The notes beneath the pieces were generated by a model. The model was not told the DNA's origin and made no database searches. It was given only the letters and a program-made list of their open reading frames with translations. Below, in pieces: positions 27,610 to 34,566 of a stretch of DNA of 64,000 nt. The stretch spans positions 7,639 to 71,638 of the forward strand of contig CAMDKM010000003.1 of the NCBI GenBank assembly GCA_945900965.1, written 5' to 3'. How positions within the stretch are numbered: the stretch's first letter is position 1; each line of letters begins with the position of its first letter. This DNA comes from Bordetella parapertussis. GTDB taxonomy: Bacteria > Pseudomonadota > Gammaproteobacteria > Burkholderiales > JACQAP01. Position numbers and translations under genes: made by a program.

Positions 27610-29355
27610 ATGCAACCCATGACCAGTGTCCAGCTTTACTTCCGCCTGCTCGGTTTCGTCAAACCGTACTGGGCGGTTTTCGCGCTCTCCATTCTCGGCA
27701 TGCTGATGTTGGCGGGCAGCGAAGTGGCCTTGCCCATGGCGGTAAAGCCCTTCCTCGACGGAACTTTTATCCAGAAAGACCCTGTCCTCATCAAGTGGGT
27801 GCCGCTGCTGCTGATATTGATCTTTGCTTTTCGCGGACTGGGCGGATTCATCGGCGCTTATGCCAGCGCCTGGGTGGCGAACAAAGTGGTGATGGATTTG
27901 CGCGACCGGATGTTCCGCAAGATGCTGGCGCTGCCCCTGGGGTATTTTCATAACAACGCCAGCGGCGCTCTGATGTCCCGTTTTATCTACGATGTGACCC
28001 AGGTCACCGTTGCCGCCACCAACGTGGTGACCGTGCTGATCAAGGATTCGGTGACGGTGATCGGACTTTTGGGCTATCTGCTCTACGTCAACTGGAAACT
28101 CACGGCGATCTCGCTCGTAGTCATGCCGCCGATTGCCATGGCAGTACGTTATTTCAACGTGCGTCTTCGCAATACCAGCCGCTCCACGCAACGCTCGATG
28201 GGAGAAATTACCCAGGTCTTGCAGGAGACCATTGACTGCAACAAAGTGGTCAAAATTTTCGGCGGGCAGGAGTATGAAACCCGCCGCTTCGAGGAGACCA
28301 GCAACCGGCTGCGCGGTTTCACCATGAAGCAGACGGCGGCAGCGGCGGGCAATGTACCGATCGTGCAAATGCTGGCGGCCTTGGCCGTGGCGGTAGTGGT
28401 TTATTACGCCACGATTCAGGCTCAGGCGGACGCTACCACGGTTGGCACTTTTGTTTCCTTTATTGCCGCCATGCTGATGATTACCACACCGGTCAAACGC
28501 CTGACCGGGGTATCGGAACACCTTCAGCGCGGACTGGCCGCCGCGGAAAGTGTGTTTGCGCTGATCGACGAAAGTCCGGAAACCGATCGGGGACGTACGG
28601 AATTGCCGCGCGCGCGAGGCGAATTGCATTTTGAGAACGTTACGTTTTCGTATGCCGCGGACGGACCGCCTGCGCTGAAAAATGTCTCGCTTGCGATTCG
28701 TGCCGGGGAGACGATTGCGCTGGTGGGTTCCAGTGGCGGGGGCAAGACAACTCTTGCCAACATGGTGCCGCGTTTTTATCATCCCCAATCCGGCCGCATC
28801 ACCCTCGATGGCCACGACCTGGAGTCCCTTTCGCTGGCTAGCCTGCGGCGAAACATCGCGTTGGTCAGCCAGGAAGTTGCCCTGTTCAACGACACGGTCG
28901 CCGCCAATATCGCCTATGGACAATCCGCCGGTGCCAGCCGCGAAGCGATCGAGCGCGCCGTGGAAGCCGCCCATGCGACGGATTTTGTCCGAGCGATGCC
29001 CAAGGGCTTGGAAACGCTGATCGGCGAAAACGGCGTGCGGCTTTCCGGCGGCCAGCGCCAGCGTCTCGCGATAGCACGTACCGTGCTGAAGAATGCACCG
29101 ATCCTGGTTCTCGATGAAGCCACTTCGGCGCTGGATTCGGAATCGGAGAAACACGTACAGGCCGCGCTGGAAGAATTGATGCGCGGTCGAACCACGCTGG
29201 TCATCGCGCACCGACTCTCCACCATCGAAAACGCCGACCGGATTGTAGTACTCGATCAAGGCGAAATCGCAGAAGTCGGCACCCACGCGGAATTGCTGGC
29301 CAAGCGCGGTATCTACGCACGGCTGCACTCTATTCAGTATTCACAAGGCAACTGA
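27610..29355 (+). CDS. msbA: Lipid A export ABC transporter (permease/ATPase) MsbA
   Basis: 581 aa with an N-terminal 6-TM ABC exporter domain, [33 protein letters not shown]. Confidence 0.9.
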   Translation: MQPMTSVQLYFRLLGFVKPYWAVFALSILGMLMLAGSEVALPMAVKPFLDGTFIQKDPVLIKWVPLLLILIFAFRGLGGFIGAYASAWVANKVVMDLRDRMFRKMLALPLGYFHNNASGALMSRFIYDVTQVTVAATNVVTVLIKDSVTVIGLLGYLLYVNWKLTAISLVVMPPIAMAVRYFNVRLRNTSRSTQRSMGEITQVLQETIDCNKVVKIFGGQEYETRRFEETSNRLRGFTMKQTAAAAGNVPIVQMLAALAVAVVVYYATIQAQADATTVGTFVSFIAAMLMITTPVKRLTGVSEHLQRGLAAAESVFALIDESPETDRGRTELPRARGELHFENVTFSYAADGPPALKNVSLAIRAGETIALVGSSGGGKTTLANMVPRFYHPQSGRITLDGHDLESLSLASLRRNIALVSQEVALFNDTVAANIAYGQSAGASREAIERAVEAAHATDFVRAMPKGLETLIGENGVRLSGGQRQRLAIARTVLKNAPILVLDEATSALDSESEKHVQAALEELMRGRTTLVIAHRLSTIENADRIVVLDQGEIAEVGTHAELLAKRGIYARLHSIQYSQGN

Positions 29356-29360
29356 CGGCT

Positions 29361-30143
29361 GTGTTCTGGAAACTGTCGGCATTGGCGTTACGCTGTATCG
29401 GATGTCTGGCGGCGTTATGGATCCCGGGCGGAGTCTCCGCGCAAGGCACGCTGGAAACTTTCGAGCGGGAAGTCTTAGCGCCGAGAGCCTCCGTCCCCGC
29501 CCCCGCTGCGGAAACACATTTCGTTCACTCTGGCCGACTTAACGGCTTCGACCTTTTCCTGAACATGGTCTTCGGGATTTACGCTGACTCCGAGTCTCCA
29601 GGATTTTCAAACGATACTGACCTGACTCATCTCAACGCTGCTCCCCGGGAACCTGGCGATCCGCAGATGAGTTATATCCGACTCGACGCCGGCTACCAGA
29701 ACTTGCGCTCCGATGTACTCGCGGTCGATGGTGGCCTCGAAATCGGCTTCCGAAACTATGCGTTGCATCACCGATCGACGCGCTTCAAGGAGAGCCGGCC
29801 TGATGACATTCTGAGAATGCAGCAGACACATTTTTTGTGGCGCGCCACGACCCAGCCTGGCGTCGAGGCCGATTTCGGACTCGGATATATTTCGCTTGAA
29901 GGCAATCAGCGGAGCTCAGGACTTTCGGCGACAGTGCCGATCCGATGGAAAGTCCAGGAATGGGTGCATGTGGAACTGAGAGCCGCCTGGGCGGAAGTTA
30001 ACGGGCACGGACTATCGGACTATGATCTCGCAATAGGATTGCTCGGTCGCTTCGCCGGTGTCCGGCTCGGCTATCGCGACATCGATGCCCACAATGTCCC
30101 GGCCTTGCAGGGGCCGTACGTCGGGTTGTCTTTTTATTACTGA
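29361..30143 (+). CDS. Hypothetical secreted protein, possible outer-membrane beta-barrel
   Basis: GTG start 6 nt after msbA. Signal peptide LAALWIPGGVSA/QG. Alternating-polarity strands and a C-terminal GLSFYY. No family recognised. Confidence 0.5.
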   Translation: MFWKLSALALRCIGCLAALWIPGGVSAQGTLETFEREVLAPRASVPAPAAETHFVHSGRLNGFDLFLNMVFGIYADSESPGFSNDTDLTHLNAAPREPGDPQMSYIRLDAGYQNLRSDVLAVDGGLEIGFRNYALHHRSTRFKESRPDDILRMQQTHFLWRATTQPGVEADFGLGYISLEGNQRSSGLSATVPIRWKVQEWVHVELRAAWAEVNGHGLSDYDLAIGLLGRFAGVRLGYRDIDAHNVPALQGPYVGLSFYY

Positions 30144-30223
30144 TTGCGAAACCTGTACAGCTCTTTCAACACGGTGAATGTGTTTTCCCGAACTTTCCCC
30201 ATACCTGCCGACCCATTTCAGTA

Positions 30224-30889
30224 ATGACAGCTTTTCCGCCCTGCACGATTGACCATCTCGTCGTCACCGCGTTCAGTCTCGAAGTCGGCGTTAAGTGGGT
30301 GGAAAAGCAGCTCGGCGTCGAGCTGCATCCAGGCGGCGAACACCCGAGCATGGGCACCCACAACTATCTGCTCAGGTTGGGGGAAATCACCTATCTCGAA
30401 GTCATCGCAATCAATCCCGCTGCGCCAAGGCCGCCCCGACCCCGCTGGTTCGAATTGGATCGCTTGACACCGCATTCCGCGCCGCGCCTTGCCTCCTGGG
30501 TGGCGCGTACTGCCGATATTCAGGCGACCTACTCGGCAAGCAGTTTAAACTTGGGGGCCATCCTGACCATGCACCGTGGCGATCTGGAGTGGCGCATCAC
30601 CGTTCCCGATGACGGCGATTTCGTTCTCGGCGGCATTGTTCCGATGTTGATTGAATGGAATACGCCGGCTCATCCAGCCTCGCGCCTACCGGATTCGGGA
30701 TGCAAGCTGCTTCGTCTCGACGGGACTGCCCAGGATGAAAAATATGCAGCCGCGACATTGGGCTCGATTCACGCAGAGAACTTGCTCACTCTGCAATCGG
30801 CGAAGGCCAATGCGTTACCCGCCCTGACTGCACATATTCTTACGCCGGATGGACCGAAGAAGCTGAATCAACCCAAAAAAAGCAGTTGA
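30224..30889 (+). CDS. VOC/glyoxalase-like domain protein
   Basis: [57 protein letters not shown] is typical of glyoxalase-like (PF13468-type) proteins. Confidence 0.7.
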   Translation: MTAFPPCTIDHLVVTAFSLEVGVKWVEKQLGVELHPGGEHPSMGTHNYLLRLGEITYLEVIAINPAAPRPPRPRWFELDRLTPHSAPRLASWVARTADIQATYSASSLNLGAILTMHRGDLEWRITVPDDGDFVLGGIVPMLIEWNTPAHPASRLPDSGCKLLRLDGTAQDEKYAAATLGSIHAENLLTLQSAKANALPALTAHILTPDGPKKLNQPKKSS

Positions 30890-31044
30890 ATCACGGAGAA
30901 TACGGAGATCACGGGGAAAAACAATGAGATACTTCTCTTTGTACGTTCACCTTCTGGGTGAGAGGCTGGGGCAGTATAAGTTCTTGGATTTTCTCCGTGT
31001 ACACCGTGTCCTCCGTGATTCAATCGCCGTTTCTAGGATCAAGC
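30888..31044. repeat. Foldback MITE-like element, copy D (CACGGAG-type arms)
   Basis: Left units TCACGGAGA, ATACGGAGA, TCACGGGGA (30891-30917). Central TTCACCTTCTGGGTGAG. Right units TCTCCGTGT, ACACCGTGT, CCTCCGTGA (30992-31018). Terminal motif CGCCGTTTCTAGGATCAAGC. It overlaps the upstream TGA. Confidence 0.8.
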
Positions 31045-31290
31045 GTAAGTGCGCCCCGACCGTGGCGGGCGTTTTAGCCTGGAGGCGAAATTACTCAATG
31101 TGATTTTGGCCCCCAGGCAAAAACGCTGACACCCTCCCTGAATAACTTCACCCCCGCGATCCGCTGGTGCAGATGCGTTATGACCGGCAGGCGTCAAAGT
31201 GGAATGGGTTGGGCAAATCGAGTCCAAACGTTCCAGGCGTGACTTCTACTTGTCCCGTATACGATGGTCGCCAATTTGCACCGACGTGGT

Positions 31291-32397
31291 TCAGATCTTG
31301 GCGATAACTTTCCGGTACGCCATCTCCACGTTCAGCCCGATGCGGTCGCGATAGCGGCCCTGTTGATGTTTCGACATGCCTTGCTCGTAACGCGGGGCAA
31401 GCAGATCGGGGAGGACTTTCTTCATCTCCTCCAGGCTCGCTCCTTCGGCAGTGGCTTTCTTCACTTCATCGACGAGGTCGGCGAGATAACTTCGGAAAAA
31501 AGACAGGCCCGACTTGGGCAACACCCCGCCGTGGCCGGGAATGATGTGATCGAAGTCGAACTTTTCCAGCGCCGTCAGGGTGCTGACCCACTCTTCCGGA
31601 AAGCCGTCATTCATGAACGGCATCCAATCGATCAGCGCATCGCCGGTGGCCACCACTTTTTCCTTCGGAAGGTGGATAAAGATATCGCCATCGGTATGGC
31701 CGCGCCCCAGCAGCAAAATCTGTACTTCCCGCCCGCCTTCGTTCAGCGTCACCGAATTCGAAAACGTGCGGGTGGGAATCGGCGGCTCCATGTGCCGTAA
31801 TTCCTCCAGATAGGCTTCAGCCTGCCTGAGATTCGATTCCAGCCGAGCCTTCTGTGCCGGGTCATCCGAGCGCATCACCTCGTCCTTGAGCTTCGCGATC
31901 TCCTTCGGAACGGAGGCAAGTTGCTTCTCTATATAGGCAATACCGCCGTTGTTGGCGTCCGGGTTGGTGAGGTGTTCCTTGGTGCGTTGAGAGGCGACAA
32001 TTTCCAGATCCGGGTTGGCTTCCTTGTAAACCTGATTGCCCTGCCAATGGTCCCAGTGGAAATGCGTGTTGATAATCTTCTTGATCGGCAGCTTCGTGAC
32101 CGACTGGATTTCCCGGTACAGCGCCCGCGCCGCCGAAGGCTTGGAATGCGAATCCACCACAATCACGCCATCGTTGGTCAGAATCACCGCGGCATTGCAG
32201 TTGACCTTGTAGCGCGGTGCGGCGATCGCCGCATAAACGCCATCCGCCACCGGCCTAAGCTCGAACAACTCCTTGTCCGAAGTCTCCGCATCCGCCGCAT
32301 AGGCGCAGCAGGGGTCCAGATGGTCCAGCGTCTGAATGGCGGCCACTGCCGCGGTGGAACGAATCAGAAAATCACGGCGCGTCCAGGGTGGGGTCAT
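31291..32397 (-). CDS. MBL-fold metallo-hydrolase with Tat signal
   Basis: MTPPWTRRDFLIRSTAAVAA (twin-arginine) and the HxHxDH motif THFHWDHWQG. ATG 32397 is preceded by AAGGAGGA. Confidence 0.85.
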   Translation of the reverse strand: MTPPWTRRDFLIRSTAAVAAIQTLDHLDPCCAYAADAETSDKELFELRPVADGVYAAIAAPRYKVNCNAAVILTNDGVIVVDSHSKPSAARALYREIQSVTKLPIKKIINTHFHWDHWQGNQVYKEANPDLEIVASQRTKEHLTNPDANNGGIAYIEKQLASVPKEIAKLKDEVMRSDDPAQKARLESNLRQAEAYLEELRHMEPPIPTRTFSNSVTLNEGGREVQILLLGRGHTDGDIFIHLPKEKVVATGDALIDWMPFMNDGFPEEWVSTLTALEKFDFDHIIPGHGGVLPKSGLSFFRSYLADLVDEVKKATAEGASLEEMKKVLPDLLAPRYEQGMSKHQQGRYRDRIGLNVEMAYRKVIAKI

Positions 32398-32618
32398 TGT
32401 TATCCTCCTTGGTGAAGGAATTATTGTGCGCTCGAATTCGCGGCGCCGCGACATTTACTTGTCACCCGAACTTTCTTTCTTAACACATCTCTGACTTAGT
32501 GTCAACTTGCCTGCTCGAGGAAAGATTTTCGGCAGCGCAATATGACACAAGAATTTGCGTGATTCTTAAAACGCCGACAATTTCCTTCGAAATTTTTTTT
32601 ATTCAACAGGAGGAAATA

Positions 32619-32972
32619 ATGACCAAAAATAATCGCTTCATTCCCCGAGCCGCCCGTAGAAGTCTGCTCGCGTTTGTTCTGTCCTTGTCAGCCATGGGGG
32701 TCGCCTCTGCCGCACAGGAAAGCACGATTTTCCGTTATGACGGTCAGGACTTCATCAGAGACAAAACCACTCTTATGACGGAGGATGGCAAGTCCGCAGC
32801 CAACTCAAAGCTGGACCGCAACTCGCCAGCTTTCAAGCAGCTAGTCCAGAAGCACTCCTATGCGGGACAAGGTACCATCTTTGGCCAGAAATGCGATGCC
32901 AACTATGCTCCGCTGACCGATGCGGGCGGCAAACTGACAGGGGCACTCTTCGTGGCAATCTGCAATAAGTAG
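32619..32972 (+). CDS. Small secreted protein resembling a stand-alone Cache (sCache_3_2-like) ligand-binding domain
   Basis: AGGAGGA RBS, signal peptide LSLSAMGVASA/AQ, then TIFRYDGQDFIRDKTTLMTEDGKSAANSKLDRNSPAFKQLVQKHSYAGQGTIFGQKCDANYAPLTDAGGKLTGALFV. This follows the Cache_3-Cache_2 sensor pattern (by eye). Confidence 0.6.
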   Translation: MTKNNRFIPRAARRSLLAFVLSLSAMGVASAAQESTIFRYDGQDFIRDKTTLMTEDGKSAANSKLDRNSPAFKQLVQKHSYAGQGTIFGQKCDANYAPLTDAGGKLTGALFVAICNK

Positions 32973-33033
32973 GTGCAGGGATAGGAGTAAGTGACATCCA
33001 ACATCGCGCTGAACCGGCGCGCAAGCAGCGGTA

Positions 33034-33231
33034 CTACGCTTGCTGTTTGCGCGACCGGTCAGCGCGGTCGTTGAAGCTGTAGAAAAACCATTTTTCTGCC
33101 CAGTTATCCTCATCCACCGGCGCCAGCGAGCGTTGTAGCGTAGTTGATATTATTCGTTGTTCGATTTGAGTCGGGCGCAAGTTTTGTTTTTCTGCTTCGA
33201 ATGCCGCTTGGCGCTCCTTGCTTCTTGCCAT
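33034..33231 (-). CDS. Hypothetical small protein (weak call)
   Basis: 65-aa ORF with no recognisable SD and no family recognised. It lies in an otherwise empty 470-bp gap. Confidence 0.25.
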   Translation of the reverse strand: MARSKERQAAFEAEKQNLRPTQIEQRIISTTLQRSLAPVDEDNWAEKWFFYSFNDRADRSRKQQA

Positions 33232-33442
33232 CAATCAGCTACGCAGCGCCAGCATCGGAAAATTGCGATTCAAGGCAGGGAATCCGCGAAGTCGGGTTAA
33301 AACCGCAAGGATTTCGGCTCCAAAATCACTGACCGCCAGGTCACCCGGGTAGACTTGGAAATTCAAGTGAATGCTTGAATCCGACTAGCTCCAGGGACGT
33401 TACAATCAAGCCTGAGCTCTCTTTCGCAAGGAATGCCGGCCA

Positions 33443-33916
33443 ATGATCACGCGCTTGTTCTACCTTGCCATCGCCATTGCAAGCGGGTGGCTTCTGGGCA
33501 TGGGAATGTATATCCAGTATGCCCGCGGAATTACGGATTGCGGGCCGGTAGTATTAATCCGCTACGGATTGGTTGTCGCGGCCATACTGGCCATTTTCGC
33601 CATTGTGCTCAATGCCGGCAAAACCGTTCGGTGGACGGTAAGCACGCTGTTAGGCCTGGTCTCGCTCGGCGGGGCATGGGTGGCGGCCCATGAGGCGTGG
33701 TCAAGTCATATTCCGTCGCCAGCCAAACTCGGCATACGCGCGGACTCCCTGGTTTCTTCCCTGCCTCTGGAAAATGTATTGCCGCGCTTTTTCAGCGGGG
33801 CAGGCGAATGCGCATCGGGACGCTGGAATATGATTGGCCTGCCGTTCGCGCAATGGTGCACGTTATTCTTCGTCCTCTTCGTTATTCTCGCTATCGCCGC
33901 CGCCCGGCGTGACTAG
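33443..33916 (+). CDS. DsbB-like membrane protein (atypical cysteine pattern)
   Basis: Four hydrophobic helices. AGECASGRWNMIGLPFAQW aligns with E. coli DsbB SGDCAERQWDFLGLEMPQW. The first loop has DCGPV instead of a CxxC motif. Confidence 0.55.
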   Translation: MITRLFYLAIAIASGWLLGMGMYIQYARGITDCGPVVLIRYGLVVAAILAIFAIVLNAGKTVRWTVSTLLGLVSLGGAWVAAHEAWSSHIPSPAKLGIRADSLVSSLPLENVLPRFFSGAGECASGRWNMIGLPFAQWCTLFFVLFVILAIAAARRD

Positions 33917-34022
33917 ATTTTGGTGACGGGCAGCGCATGGAGCGTGTTCGAGCCGAAGATATTGCGACGCCCGCCGGTTAACCCGATTACCGCCAATTTT
34001 TACCTATCTGGAGCACTCCAGA

Positions 34023-34469
34023 ATGCATATAAATGGCATCGCCCATATTGTTCTTACGGTCAGCGATTTTGAACGCGCGGTACTTTTTTACGAAAAACTG
34101 CTTTCCTTTCTCGGGCTGAAGCAGGTATTCAAGGGCGAGACGTTTATGTATTACGTCGGGGGCAGAACTGCCATCGGCATATCGAAGTGCGAAGACCGGT
34201 TCGAGACCGAGCGCTTTGTGCAGCGGCGGGTGGGCCTGCACCACGCCAGCTTCCGTGCCCGGGAGCGCAAGGACGTGGATGATTTTCATGAGTTCCTCAG
34301 GGAACTCGGCGCGAAAATTATTCATCCACCCGAAGAGGGAGGTTGGGCCCCGGGGTACTACTCGGTGTTATTCGAAGACCCGGACGGGATTCGGCTGGAA
34401 ATGAATTATGTGCCGGGGCAGGGACTGCTGGAAGAAGGGGTGTCGATGATTCCCGACGGGTATCGCTGA
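34023..34469 (+). CDS. VOC family protein (glyoxalase/bleomycin-resistance/dioxygenase fold)
   Basis: MHINGIAHIVLTVSDFERAVLFYEKLL..GLHHASFRA..FEDPDGIRLE. Confidence 0.8.
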   Translation: MHINGIAHIVLTVSDFERAVLFYEKLLSFLGLKQVFKGETFMYYVGGRTAIGISKCEDRFETERFVQRRVGLHHASFRARERKDVDDFHEFLRELGAKIIHPPEEGGWAPGYYSVLFEDPDGIRLEMNYVPGQGLLEEGVSMIPDGYR

Positions 34470-34527
34470 TGGCGCCCGTGAAACAAGCCGGTCAATCGGG
34501 AACGCCGCTGTCATATATTCATGGGTA

Positions 34528-34547
34528 CCCGTTTCCACGGGAATGAC
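34528..34547. repeat. REP-like palindrome, copy 2 (reverse orientation)
   Basis: CCCGTTTCCACGGGAATGAC is the reverse complement of 27375-27394. It lies between the convergent VOC and polA genes and may act as a bidirectional terminator. Confidence 0.6.
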
Positions 34548-34566
34548 ATATGCGCGGAGGGCATGC

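Noticed and set aside
27547-29328. 593-aa ORF on the minus strand, antisense to msbA
   Set aside because: The product is a low-complexity, Arg/Gly/His-rich shadow ORF with no motifs. The opposite strand encodes a textbook MsbA. This is typical of high-GC DNA.
31045-31290. A 245-bp gap after foldback copy D as a possible sRNA or tRNA locus
   Set aside because: I found no tRNA-like cloverleaf, only a weak 5-bp GC stem (CGCCC/GGGCG) followed by TTTTA. There is no convincing promoter/terminator pair. Left unannotated.
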